From Eledone cirrhosa (Eukaryota), in contig OZ024740.1 in the NCBI GenBank assembly GCA_964016885.1, forward strand, positions 283,464,001 to 283,528,000: a DNA stretch of 64,000 nt, given 5' to 3'. Both the position numbers and the translations under genes were made by a program. Each line of letters opens with the position of its first letter. Positions within the stretch are counted from its first letter, which is position 1. The notes under the pieces were generated by a model. It had not been told where the DNA came from and did no database searches. It saw only the letters and a list, made by a program, of their open reading frames with translations. This document shows, in pieces, positions 1-12,648 of the stretch.

Positions 1-475
1 GAACGCATTTAAAACTTCAATTCTTCCGTATATTTCTTAAGTCAACTGCTTTCTTTCTATAAGTATATGTTGGCAGCAGTCGAGGGGACGTGCAGGTGTG
101 TTCATGTGTGCGTATATTTGAAGCTTAAGATATAGTTTCTTTCATAAATATTCAATTTTAGTCTCATTGTAAAAGCAAACGAAATAGCTACATCACAGGA
201 TTTCTCTCTACGGGAACAGAAAATATGGTTTCATCATAAGAGAAAGAATATCTATTTTCTACTTTGTATACATTGTAAGTAGCCATAAACTACTAATCTA
301 ACCTCCGACAGAAACCAGTTAAATAGTTTCTTTTCTTTTTTATTTTTGCCAACGGTGCTGCAACCACTTCTTTCTTTCATGTCGTGAATATATTGCATGG
401 TTATGAAAAAAATAAGGCATAAGTTCTATTTTAAATCATCCCAAAACGTTGTATAATTTCCTTTGGAAAAACAAA

Positions 476-653
<178 letters not shown>

Positions 654-901
654 GGGGGGGTGTTCTATGGTTCATCTCTCCGTTTTATTTAGACATTTGC
701 TCAGTGGTTTGCTGTGTTCTTCAGGAAGACTGGTTACTGGAATTCATTTCAGAATCCTTTTATATTATAAATGATATTCTAGTCAGCATATGTATATAAT
801 GTATGTTCGAGATTGATGTATTTCTTTTGTGGTTAAGAACATATTCATAAAGGGTTTCATATAGGAAAATGTAAGAGAGAGAAACAGATTTCCAGAGAGT
901 A

Positions 902-979
902 AGATAGATAGATAGATAGAGATAGATAGATAGATAGATAGACAAATAGATAGATACATAGACAGAGAGACAGACAGAC

Positions 980-1067
<88 letters not shown>
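902..1067. repeat. (GATA)n/(GACA)n microsatellite
   Basis: Direct reading of tetranucleotide repeat. Confidence 0.97.
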
Positions 1068-1068
<1 letters not shown>

Positions 1069-1802
1069 TTATTGGAGAACGTAATTCAAGTGATTGCACA
1101 CTTCTAAATACCTGTAAAAGGCGTTGATTGAAGAGATTACGGTGGAAGGTAAATAAGGATATAATTTGATCAACTGGAAAATATTATATTGACACACTAA
1201 ACGACAGGAAGTACAGAGAGTGTGTTGCAATGCCTGGGGGAAAAGGAGGTGGAGGAAGAGTGGGATAATATAGAGGGTAGTTAAACGAATGATAATGGAT
1301 ATCAGTTATTGAGCAAATTGGTGGCTAAAGAACTGGCTTTAGGGTATTAGTGATTACGTAATGGTTGTTGGTGTCCTTGTCTTTGTTGTAGACTAGAACG
1401 ATGTTGGTTTTTATTACCATTGTTGCTGTTCTTCTTGCTGCTTTTATCCTACTTGTTGTTGTTGTTGTTGTTGTTATGTGTTTCGTGACGTGTTTCGTGA
1501 CGTGTTAATATTGTTATAGTTGTTGGTTTTGTACAAACCGCAGCCATACTTGTTTGAACCAGCCATTTGCTCAAACACGCCTATGAATCGGTGCTGTATC
1601 TAACTACCATGACCATCCCAATTATGTTGTGGTTCATAAGCTTCACACAATTTTAGGATAGGAAACACATGATCTCTATCTCAAAGATGATGTAGGGTTG
1701 GCGGGAGGGATATTTCTTTGTTCTATTCAAACTTCAGATGTGCTCGCTTTCCAACCTTTTCCCGTTGGGTCGAGCTGAGTACGTGACATTCCATCGACAC
1801 AT

Positions 1803-1898
1803 GCATACATACATATATACATACATACATGCATGCATACATACATACATACATACATACATACATACATACATACATACATACATACATACATACAT
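1803..1898. repeat. (CATA)n microsatellite, forming the (ATGT)n tail of the adjacent RTE-derived element
   Basis: Direct reading; abuts GATGGCTGCCCCCTCG as at 41994. Confidence 0.9.
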
Positions 1899-2433
1899 GA
1901 TGGCTGCCCCCTCGTTCACGAATATGGACATTGCACGATGTAACATTAGTGGATTGGCAGTATCGGTAGAGGGTCGGACGCCATGCTTTGCAGCAAAGAG
2001 TTACGGCCATTTATGATCTGAGTTCAAATCCCGCCGAGGTTAACTTTGCCTTTCATCCTTACGGGGTCGATAAAATAAAGTACCAGTAATACATTGGGAT
2101 AATTGCTGGCCTTGTGCCAAAAGTAGAAACATTTATTAATAATTATCAATTATTGCTATCCTGCAATGCCTGTGTGTCAAGATTTTTTTCTTAAGTGAGG
2201 AAAGACTGTGCACTGGGCCAATCCCACTCTCTGAGCGACAGTAGCTGTAGCCCGAAAAGAAGAAAAGATCAACATCATCGGTAACTACTGAGCTACAGAT
2301 TTTATATCGGAGTTATCCCAGTTTCCTGAGTTGCCTTCTCCTAGAAAAATGCCCTGACAAGGGTTAGGGGTCCTTCACTCCCAGTGGTTTAACAGCGCGA
2401 TCGGGGATCCAGCCCGATTATTTCTATGTCCCC
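1899..2433 (-). mobile_element. Non-autonomous bipartite RTE-derived element (RTE 5'UTR-like body plus RTE 3' end), interrupted by a SINE
   Basis: Aligns with 38686-39009. Its 3' terminus (minus) GTGCAATG..CGAGGGGGCAGCCATC matches the RTE LINE 3' end at 41994-42031. Body contains CTAGGAGAAGGCAACTC, typical of RTE 5'UTRs. Confidence 0.75.
1949..2140 (+). mobile_element. tRNA-derived SINE (octopus OK-like family, here S1)
   Basis: A-box-like TGGCAGTATCGG, B-box GAGTTCAAATCC, central GCCTTTCATCCTTACGGGGTCGATAAAATAAAGTACCAG, tail GGCCTTGTGCCAAAAGTAGAAAC then (ATT)n; about 20 copies in the window. Confidence 0.88.
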
Positions 2434-2692
2434 GCACATATACATACATATGCATACACATATATACATACATACGTACATATATACACATGTACATACA
2501 CAGTTTTGGATGGCCGTTGACTCTAATGAGTTCTTCTTCCCTTTGTGAGGACTTGATTTTTGTCCTGCAGGGTGTCCAAAATCACTTTCTTCACCAAGAA
2601 AACATGGTGGGGTTGCCGGTTTAGTTGCCGACAACCCGACCTTGCGACAGGTTGTACTGCGTTACATGTAACCAGTAGCACTGAATAGTGAC

Positions 2693-2723
2693 ACATACAT
2701 ACATACATACATACATACATACA

Positions 2724-2757
<34 letters not shown>

Positions 2758-2863
2758 CATACATACATACACACATACATACATACATACATACATACAT
2801 ACATACATACATACATACATACATACATACATACATACATACATACATACATACATACATACA
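2693..2863. repeat. (CATA)n microsatellite
   Basis: Direct reading. Confidence 0.97.
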
Positions 2864-2995
2864 TGTAAGCTACATACAAACATACATACATGCGTAATGG
2901 CTACAACTCGATTTTGAGTAATGCCATCACTTGATACTTAAGCATAAGCAACATGGACGTGGTTTTTAGTCCTGCTAGGGACTTGCCTATTGCCA

Positions 2996-3215
2996 GCCAT
3001 GGCATGCATAGCAAAAATTGCCATATATCCTGCAATGTCTATGCTTAAAGTTTTTTAAGTGTGGAAATGCTTTGCACAGGGCCAATCCCACTCTCTGAAC
3101 ATCGAATACATTTACCAAAAAGAAAAACTGATCTACATCATTGGATGCAAAAGAAGTCGCAGGTTTTATATCGGAGTTACCTTCTCCTAGAGACTAAGAG
3201 TCTCTCGCTTAAAAA
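2996..3215 (-). mobile_element. Diverged copy of the bipartite RTE-derived element
   Basis: Shares GGGCCAATCCCACTCTCTGA, TTTTATATCGGAGTTA and CCTTCTCCTAGA blocks with 2155-2345. Confidence 0.65.
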
Positions 3216-3726
3216 GATCATACATACATACATATATGATGGATTCTCTCATTGTTCGGTGCATAGAGGCCAAACCCCTTAGTTAATTACCCAATACTTG
3301 TGTCTACCGTGAAGGCACAGAACTAAATTTATATAAGCAATAAGTACAGAATAAACCATTGGACAACCCATACACCGATTTTGATACTGGCGAGTCATCG
3401 ACACTCGTTGGTATCGCTGATAATAATTTAATGCAAAAATATACCAGGATCTCGGATTTATCTCGTACAAGTTAGGCCCCTCCCTAGCTCAACGTACAGC
3501 ATCTGTAGTATTGGTCCATCTTCAATTTTTTTCAGTTTTATCCGTTGCACAAATCTATATAATATCATCTTACGTATGAATATTTAAAAACAGTCTGAGG
3601 CCCACACAAAACATACGATGAGATATTGCACGGCAGTATACAACCAGTCTGGTAGTTAAAATAAATATACTGGGAGAGAATTCCTCTCCCACCATATATA
3701 TATCTATATATATATATATATATATT

Positions 3727-3755
3727 CTGATGAAGTACTAGTGTCCGAAACGTTA
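3727..3755 (+). ncRNA. Minimal hammerhead-ribozyme motif at the start of a Penelope-like pLTR fragment (3726-3845)
   Basis: CTGATGA-AG-TACTAGTGTCC-GAAAC-GTTA immediately after a (TA)n run; matches the minimal PLE-type hammerhead pattern, but the 5' strand of stem I is lost. Confidence 0.6.
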
Positions 3756-3862
3756 AGACTCTCTTCCTGGTATTTCAAGCGTTAAACTAATATATTTTTT
3801 AATGTACTGTGCCGTTTGCTTTGTTATTTCTGTTTACAATTTACACGCACACACACACATGC

Positions 3863-3933
<71 letters not shown>

Positions 3934-3934
<1 letters not shown>

Positions 3935-4307
3935 TTAGGTTTGTTGGTTCACCACTGGATACCACTGGTCATTCCATATTGTCAACCTTAATGTAATATT
4001 AGGGAGAGCACTCAACGTAATGCAACTCACCCATCTTCGTTTGCGTTGTTGGTGGTGCGAGTACGGAGTTAATTATTATAAAATGACGGGGGGCTGGACT
4101 GGTGTAATTCCTTAAAGATTTATTATACTATGAACATTTCAATGACCGGGTTCAGTAGGAACATCATGAGGTATTCTGAATTTATCCAACAAAGGAATAT
4201 AATAATAGACACAATCCAAGGGGCTGAAAAGCAGAGAGAAATGCGGAAGACGAGAATGCGGCCCAAAAATTAGCAGTTGATAGTCCGGGCGGCCACCTTC
4301 AATATAG

Positions 4308-4308
<1 letters not shown>
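3934..4308 (-). mobile_element. Penelope-like pLTR fragment in (TA)n
   Basis: Degenerate hammerhead at 4125-4174 and bulged tail hairpin ACTC-CGTA..TACG-TT-GAGT (4010-4069, minus); TA runs on both sides. Confidence 0.65.
4125..4174 (-). ncRNA. Degenerate type I hammerhead motif
   Basis: Minus strand ATAC-CTCATGA-stemII-GAAA-TGTTCA-TA-GTAT; stem I ATAC/GTAT; core position 5 mutated G to C. Confidence 0.5.
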
Positions 4309-4342
<34 letters not shown>

Positions 4343-4343
<1 letters not shown>

Positions 4344-4691
4344 CCAAAAGTTTTATTTAAAATTGTTGGGATACAACAAGTAAATATTTTTATAACTGAT
4401 ATAAAGCACTCGACAAGTATTTGGAGTAGATATACGATATTAATAAATGGAAACTATATTTATAAAACCATATTTATTTCATTATACATATTTCAGGGAT
4501 ACCAAATTAAATTATGGTATGCCTTCATCAGACAAATGTTAAAAGGGTACGTCAAAGCTTATTTGTAAAACTGTTATATATTGTATTTTGTCTGATGAAA
4601 GCATACCATAATTTAATTTGGTATCCCTGAAATATGTATAATGAAATAAATATGGTTTTATAAATATAGTTTCCATTTATTAATATCGTAT
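4343..4691 (-). mobile_element. Fold-back Penelope-like pLTR element (family B)
   Basis: 105-bp inverted arms 4432-4536 / 4587-4691 (1 mismatch seen), unpaired tail 4343-4431 ending at (TA)n; homologous to 19779-19918 and 31549-31990. Confidence 0.8.
4584..4648 (+). ncRNA. Type I hammerhead motif (mirror copy on minus strand in left arm)
   Basis: TATTTTGT-CTGATGA-stem II (ATACCA/TGGTAT)-GAAA-TATGTA-TA-ATGAAATA; stem I pairs with two G-U wobbles. Confidence 0.75.
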
Positions 4692-4699
4692 GGTTATAT

Positions 4700-4968
4700 A
4701 TATTTTTTTTGTTCTTCTAACTTTGATTTTGTACCTAATTATGTATGGTTAACTATATGTCTAGCCAATTTCTACAGGTTATTAGAAAAACTAGGTAAAT
4801 ACTTTGTAGCTATGAGTCGCGGATAAGAAGCTATATCATTTATCTATTGTTTCTTCATAAGTATATTTTAAACTTATAGCCTCGTTTAAATGATTTTTTG
4901 CATGGTTGATTTCTGCTGACTGGGAGAAGAAATATTGTATATATTTTACCTAATGATTTTATGGGCTT

Positions 4969-4975
<7 letters not shown>
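4700..4975 (-). pseudogene. Possible highly decayed Penelope-like RT thumb/linker coding remnant
   Basis: Broken minus-strand translation IYNISS... and KYLPSFSNNL*KLARH loosely resembles the PLE thumb/linker; lies between pLTR-like elements. Weak. Confidence 0.25.
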
Positions 4976-5019
<44 letters not shown>

Positions 5020-5026
<7 letters not shown>

Positions 5027-5412
5027 AAGATTGAAGAATAACATGGTCGGCTGTACAAAAAGGGTTTTATTTCTAGTATTAACAATTGTTTCATTGATCA
5101 GGTGAGTTTAAAGTATTCCGATGATTTGATCAGAGGTAAACACTGTATTTAAGGTCGAGCGATTAGCGGCCTGATCAATGAAACAATTGTTAATACTAGA
5201 AATAAAACCCTTTTTGTACAGCCGACCATGTTATTCTTCAATCTTTCACTATTATTACTCCAAGTATAATCTGCATAGTAATTCTCGCGAACTCGCTACC
5301 TAACTATGGAAACCTCTTGTTGAGTCAAACAACGCCGCACGTTAAAACTATCCACGACACAGGGTACTCACAATCTCTAACTGGATTACCTATAACGATA
5401 ACTTGTTATCCC
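5020..5412 (+). mobile_element. Fold-back Penelope-like pLTR element (family C)
   Basis: 83-bp perfect inverted arms 5020-5102 / 5170-5252, unpaired tail to 5412, (TA)n on both sides. Confidence 0.8.
5112..5197 (+). ncRNA. Type I hammerhead motif with long stem II loop
   Basis: AGTATT-CCGATGA-T-TTGATCAG..CTGATCAA-T-GAAAC-AATT-GTT-AATACT: 6-bp stem I, 8-bp stem II, palindromic stem III loop. Confidence 0.78.
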
Positions 5413-5427
5413 ATATATATATATAAT

Positions 5428-5837
5428 ATTAAGGATACTATTTATGGTTATGTATATACTAAAACTTTTTAAAGTTATGTATATTTTAAACCCTAAACAG
5501 TGAAGGTCAGTAATTTATTACTACCTTATTACCAGTAAGATAAATAGCTCAATGTAATAACATCAGTTGTTCTACAGAGCAGTTATATAGAATTCACAAG
5601 AACTTTAAGCGGGTAAGTAAGAGTATTATGGTGGTTGTAGTGGTAAGGTTTTTTTTGTATATAATACAATTTTTTGTATATAATAAAATTTTTTGTATAT
5701 AATAAAATTTTTTGTATATAATAACATTTTTTGTATATAATAAAATTTTTTGTATATAATAAAATACAAAAAATACAAAAATTACCTTACCACTACAACC
5801 ACCATAATACTCTTACTTACCCGCTTAAAGTGCTTGT
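5428..5837 (-). mobile_element. Fold-back pLTR-like element (family D) with a 19-bp tandem array as spacer
   Basis: 54-bp arms 5596-5649 / 5784-5837; spacer about 6x TTTTTGTATATAATAAAAT; tail homologous to 46765-46910, which carries a hammerhead. Confidence 0.7.
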
Positions 5838-5984
5838 ATTACATGTAACATCCTGCCACACAATAATCATATATAAATGAGACACACTTGCATGCCCTAC
5901 GTGTAACTAACGCATACACTAACTACTCCATCTGACTAACAAACTATCCTCTTGCATTATCTGTGTTAACTGCCGAATGTATTT

Positions 5985-6075
5985 TAATTTTGTTTTAATT
6001 TTGTTTTAATTTTAATTTTAATTTTAATTTTAATTTTAATTTTAATTTTGATTTTGATTTTGATTTTGAATTTGA
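5985..6075. repeat. (TTTTAA)n / (TTTTGA)n hexamer repeat
   Basis: Direct reading. Confidence 0.9.
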
Positions 6076-6256
6076 ATTGCTATACAGAAATAATATAGTA
6101 TAATATATGTCACTCCACTGTATGTCTCTTGCGTTGGAAAGGAGGTCAATTATGTGTACAAACATTGAAAAATGCTCCGAAGTTACCAAACCTAGGTTTG
6201 GATGAAACAATTGTAAGTGAATAAATGCTTTGAACATAGCTTTGATTCTTGTGAAT

Positions 6257-6376
<120 letters not shown>

Positions 6377-6487
6377 CGTGTGTGTGTGTGAGAGAGAGAG
6401 AGTGTTTATGTTTATTATGTGCCGTAACCTGGCGGTTCGACAAAAAGATTCATAAAATAAGGGCTGCATTGGAAAAACAGTACTGAG

Positions 6488-6550
6488 CTAAATCCCTTCA
6501 AGGCACCACAGCATAGCCGCAGACAAATGACTGAATGAATTAAATATATA
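6488..6550 (+). mobile_element. 3' tail fragment of octopus OK-type SINE
   Basis: CTAAATCCCTTCAAGGC..CAGCATAGCCGCAGACAAATGACTGAA resembles the abundant octopus SINE tail as I recall it. Confidence 0.55.
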
Positions 6551-6907
6551 AACGTAAAAGCAAAAGTATATAATATGCCTGTACGCCAGTTATATGAATG
6601 AAAAATAAGCTTTGTTTATCAACCAATTGTACAAAACAGAAGTGAAGTAATAGATATATGTGTTGGTAATTGAATGAGTCAGAGAAGGAAACTTAATATG
6701 ATTGCGTGAGAAGTTTTATGAATGAAAGACATGTGAATGAAGAGAGAGTGGGTGAGAGAAAGAAAGAAAGAGATGAGAGAGGGTGTGTAGATATAAAAAG
6801 TATATGTCCGTGCCTGTATATATGCCAACATACAGTCATGTCATATAAACACACATTCCCATACACATTTATGTGTTTACATGTGTTTGTGTGCACATAT
6901 ATACATA

Positions 6908-7037
<130 letters not shown>

Positions 7038-7072
7038 TTGTATGTGAGCATGTGTGTGTACATATATACATA

Positions 7073-7129
<57 letters not shown>

Positions 7130-7269
7130 AACACACATATATATGTGTGTGTGTGTATGTCTGTGTGCGTGTATATATATATATATATATGTATGTTCTA
7201 TCTATATATGTACACACACACACACACACACGCACATATACACACACATATATATATATATATATATAT

Positions 7270-7547
<278 letters not shown>

Positions 7548-7922
7548 TAGAGAAACAGGGAAGGAGGGATGGATGGTGACCATATTCGATAGGTTGTGCC
7601 ATGAGTCATCTTTACATTAACCTTAAGTGTTATTTTAGCCATGTTTGGGGAGGGAGTAGGAGGTACAGCACGGATATTGACCTTTCCTCCCACTTTCAGG
7701 TCATTACCTTACAACGCCGCCCCCCCCTCTCTGTCTCTGTCTCTATCACTCTCTTTCTCTCTCTAACTATCTATCTATCTATGACCCTCTCTCTGTCTCT
7801 CTATCTTTCTCTTAAACCATGAATAATTCACTTACAACATTATCAACGCCGTTAGAGGGATCCAGTAACCTCTTCCCTACAACCTTTCATCTCTTTTATA
7901 TATGTGTATATAAATATGTGTA

Positions 7923-7956
<34 letters not shown>

Positions 7957-8359
7957 AAACTTGTGAATGTGTGTATATGTATGTGTGTGTGTTTGTATTT
8001 ATGTGTATGTGTCAGTGGCTAATGCGTCCCGCTTCTTATGTGGTTTTAAATAGTTCGATTTTGAATACGCGTGGTCGGAAAAGAATCCGTCACTCTCCGT
8101 CCTGTTTAACATGAAACCGCATCATCTTATCTAAAAGGAAAGACTCTTACCCTACAACTTTCTTCTCCTTAAATTCCTCAACATCAAGAAAACCTGATAT
8201 CATACCTCCTCTAAAACATCAATAGTCATTTTTATATGCGTTTCGAACATAACGTTATATTTTTTTTTTAACACAGGGATCAATTGATCGCGTAAGATAC
8301 AGACATTCTTTACTTGTATATGTGTATATTTGTACACACCTGTGTGTGTGTATGTATCT

Positions 8360-8436
<77 letters not shown>

Positions 8437-8445
8437 TGTGTGTGT

Positions 8446-8531
<86 letters not shown>

Positions 8532-8760
8532 GTATGACTAAGAGTGTAAATGTGTTTGTGTCTGTGTGTATATAAGTGTGTGTGGTAAGTATTTTGGCTG
8601 ATTTATTCATAAGAGAGTGTATAACAAAGTCTTTAATTTTACTGGAAAGAATAAAAAGAATAACTACAAACGAAACACTTGAACTACTTTGTATCAGCAT
8701 CTCATCTGATCGTTCTACCTGTTATAAGCCCATACATTTGGTGGCAGGGGGGGGGGATAT

Positions 8761-8925
8761 ATTCTAAGACGCAGAGAGTCCGTCACAGCAAGGACTCAGA
8801 GGGGTTGGCACAGGACTGCCAGCGATGGATTGCATTTGTAGGCCTGGTTGGTTCTACGCACAATAATGTCCCAGGGTTTGTTGACCAGGATGAGCCCAGT
8901 CCTATGGAGCAATAGATGAGGTGAA
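8761..8925 (+). mobile_element. RTE-like LINE 3' fragment
   Basis: Translates to EGLAQDCQRWIAFV, similar to the RTE C-terminal LAQDRxxWR motif. Confidence 0.45.
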
Positions 8926-10006
8926 AAATATGGCTATGTAATCGACTATATCAACCCTGTATATGAATAGTATTATAATTATATCGACCCTGGAAGACTA
9001 AAAGGCAATTTTGATGTCGGCGTGACTTGAACTGAGTGTATATAATACGTAACCCACTAACACACATAACTTAGTCCAATGTTCTATCAGTTCCGTTAAT
9101 CCACCGCCCCAATTCAGAGCCTCCGTAAAAATTTCGAGACCAATTATCTACACCAGGTAAGGTACGCTTCTAGACGGAGACCCGTGCATCATGTTTTGGG
9201 TGGAGGACCTGCAATTGCATGCAAATACCCACTCACCAGTACAGCAATATTGTCCAGGAGAAAGAGAAAGGCGCATACATCTTGACACCAATGATGTCGC
9301 AGGCGAACTCAAAACGCAAAAGACTGACACGTCTGACACTCTAGCAATTACGCTAATCTAGCGCCATGGACAGGTACTCGATTCATTAACACCGAAATGA
9401 GGAAAGGCGAAGATGACACTCTAGCGAACATGCCAATTCACCGCCTAAGCACCCTAATAACAATTACGATACTGATGTAAAATGTTGACGCAATCTTCAT
9501 ACTCTATTTTATCATATATCTAAATCTTTTCAGATTACTTGAAGATATATAAATATATCTTAATAGAAAGTTATGTCTACTAAATCTTTAATCCAATTTA
9601 TTTCAACAAATTTAATTACGTAAGCGACATCCTCAAAGCGTAGAAATAGTTTCTAAGCATAGTATAATTTTAAGCTTAACCCACAAGTTATTTTAGGAAA
9701 CTTGTTGCTGTAAGTTAGATATGTAATTCTTATTTTATTGACTTCTCGAGAAAGAAATGTTGCTTCTAACACCTTCAGGTTTTAATCTATGATATATTCT
9801 GCCGCAGAACTAAATATATTCCAACATATCAATTTATTACAATATATAAATATATTTCAAGAAATGAATATATTGAAATCCTTAGATATACATGGGCATA
9901 TAAATATATTAAAATATATAAACTTTAATATATAAATATATTTAAATATATAAATATATTTTTATATATCATATCAAACTATAATAATATACCTTATATG
10001 TATATA

Positions 10007-10049
<43 letters not shown>

Positions 10050-10161
10050 AAAATATATATTCTCTCCATCTTAACATACTAACCATACTCACACACACAC
10101 ATATAACACCCATACACACTCACATAACTCCCTCCCCCATTTCTACTAATAGAATCATCTT

Positions 10162-10192
<31 letters not shown>

Positions 10193-10329
10193 CAGCACAC
10201 AAATAAAAATACATATCTCTACTTTCTTTATTTCAATAGAAAGTCTGAATTTTGACACCTCAGCACATCACCCATGCTCACTGAACCAGAATAATTCTCC
10301 CCATCCCTTTTTTCTTGACCATTATCTTC

Positions 10330-10897
10330 TGTTTGGCACAAAATTCTATAAATGGCTACAAAAAAAATTCCCAAATACGGGCGCGAAATTTAATGTACGA
10401 GTTCACGTGACAATCATAATTTCATTTATAATCAATCAAATTACATTTATAAAAAAAACCTTCTTGAGCCACTTTTTTTAAGTAAAAGGAAATTCAAACA
10501 CAAACTGGCGCGGAAGTTGATGTGCTTATTCATGTGACTGCATCAACCAACCAAATTTCACTCATAAATGAAAAAACAACCTGAGCCCCCCCCGCCACCT
10601 TTTTTTAAAGGCAAATATAATAAGAACTATGTAACGCGAACTGGCGCGAAATGTATTATACTTATTCACATGACATTACTTTTCTAAAAACATTTACCAT
10701 TTCGAGCCACTTTTTTCCATATAAAACAGAAGTAACATTCGAACACCAACCAGATGCGAGAAAAACCACAAACTCTCCATCTCAATTCTACTTTTGAAAA
10801 GCACAAATACTGCGAAACCGGTAAAGGAACCAAATAAATATTTTTAAAAAGACTCCAGTTGCATTTTCGATTTTCGATTTCATCTTTTTTCCTTATA
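10330..10897 (+). mobile_element. Penelope-like pLTR/3'UTR (family E) with ~130-bp internal subrepeats
   Basis: Homologous to 18600-19115, 19474-19755 and 16120-16155; hammerhead at 10791-10826; ends in (TA)n. Confidence 0.7.
10791..10826 (+). ncRNA. Minimal hammerhead, U3:A8 variant
   Basis: CTT-TTGAAAA-GCA..TGC-GAAAC-CG-GTA-AAG. Confidence 0.7.
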
Positions 10898-11312
10898 TAT
10901 AGATATACATATATATATATACATACATATCTCCCTCTGCAAATTTATCACATTTGCGTACAGAAAAAAACATACACGAGATTCACGAATAAACATGTTA
11001 AGTTTTCTATGAAAACGCACAGATTTTACAAAAATTTTACAAAAATAGACACACAAACAGTAGACTGTGACATACATAACAAACAGTCATACATCTATGA
11101 CGTGATAATCAATGAACAAGAGGAAGAAGTGAAAATACTGTTCTATGTTTTGCATATATATATCCATCTGTATGAATGAAACATTTCGATGTAATGCTAT
11201 ATCTTTGATCAATACGGTAGCAAGTCAGTGTGGAAAATTATATATGAATTTAGTAGTCTTACAGATTTGAAATTCATATACATATATGCATGCATATGTT
11301 TATGAATATATA

Positions 11313-11516
11313 CAGCGTGGCCTAAAATTCACACTGGGGTTTTAGTTTAACTCCCTGAATTGTACAAATTGATGTATGAAATGTTGATACAACTTAAAGG
11401 ACATGATGGAAATTATTTTGCACTCGTCAATCCTTGTCACACCTCGACATTACTAAATATGAAATAAAAAAAATTATAAACATTTGCGACCCCTGTATAA
11501 CATTTGGGCCACACTG
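11313..11516. mobile_element. Tc1/mariner-type MITE
   Basis: TIRs CAGCGTGGCCTAAA / TTTGGGCCACACTG flanked by TA on both sides. Confidence 0.7.
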
Positions 11517-11524
11517 TATCTATC

Positions 11525-11591
<67 letters not shown>

Positions 11592-11592
11592 G

Positions 11593-11627
<35 letters not shown>

Positions 11628-11629
11628 GC

Positions 11630-11910
11630 ATCATCATTATGCGTTAACGACCCCTTCTCCTGATAGGAATGTTTCGATGGCTCATCACAGGCCACGGCAG
11701 CCACTCATCTCTCAGGCAAGCCAGGACTGCATCAGGTATTTTACAGAGAGCAGAGGGGACGTTTTACCGTCGCACCAGCACTAGGGAGGTTGTCCTGACT
11801 TTCACATATCTGAAAGTCAACTTGATCGATTGTTTTACAGTTTTCGTGTGACAAACACTAGAGAGGTTGTCGGTCATGTGAACCGCCTGCACAACTCTTT
11901 GAAGCAGAGG
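11630..11910 (-). mobile_element. Diverged SINE fragment with RTE-type tail
   Basis: Starts CATCATCATTATGCGTTAACG, like (GAT)n-tailed octopus SINEs; recognition from memory only. Confidence 0.35.
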
Positions 11911-12461
11911 AAAGTTTGGGGAGAGAATTTTTCAAGAGCGAGAGAAGGAAATAGATAAATTATGTATATATAACAGTAAGTGTGATTGAGGGACAATAGG
12001 TGGGTGGAAAGTGGGGACGACAACGATAGCATAAATGTTTGAAATGTGGGATTTAAAGGGTTTTGTGAAAGAAAATTACGGTGGAATTGCGTAGGATGAC
12101 AGAGGAGAAAGGCCTGGGGGTGACCTCAGATAGAGTGTAGAGTACAAAGATGGGCAGAACTGATATTAGGAAATAGCCACTGGTATGAAGTTGTTAGATG
12201 TTATCAAGATGCGGTTGTCATACACATATATATATATATACGTAATTAAGATATAACAAATCATCCCTTTATTAATATATAAATGTGTGTGTGTTTATGT
12301 GGGTGTGTATGTGGGTGTTTGTCGGTGTGTGTATGTATGTGTGTGTGTTTATCTGTTTGTGTGCGTGTGTGTGTGTGTGTGTGTGTAACAACTAATCCTG
12401 GACTCCAAAAGCTAATTACTTTCCATGGTATTACCGATTCCACTAAAATATATAAATATAA

Positions 12462-12648
12462 CTGTTTCTACTTTAGGCACAAGGCCGGCAATTACCCAGT
12501 GCATTACTGGTACTTTATTTTATCGACCCCGTAAGGATGAAAGGCAAAGTTAACCTCGGCAGGATTTGAACTCAGACCGTAAAGGGACGTAACTATGCTG
12601 GAAAGCATGGCGTCCGACTCTCTACCGATACTGCCAATCCATAGCCCT
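12462..12648 (-). mobile_element. tRNA-derived SINE S1, near full length
   Basis: Reverse complement of the 1949-2140 family. Confidence 0.88.

Noticed and set aside
1949-2035. tRNA gene
   Set aside because: A/B boxes are SINE heads continuing into the SINE body; no complete cloverleaf.
2505-2692. GC-richer repeat partly shared with 41644-41685, perhaps a LINE 5'UTR
   Set aside because: Repeat nature is evident but the family cannot be assigned from this window.
3235-3693. Possible further pLTR element between microsatellites
   Set aside because: Only a partial tail hairpin (ACCC-AA-TACTT..AAGTA) and no convincing hammerhead; left unannotated.
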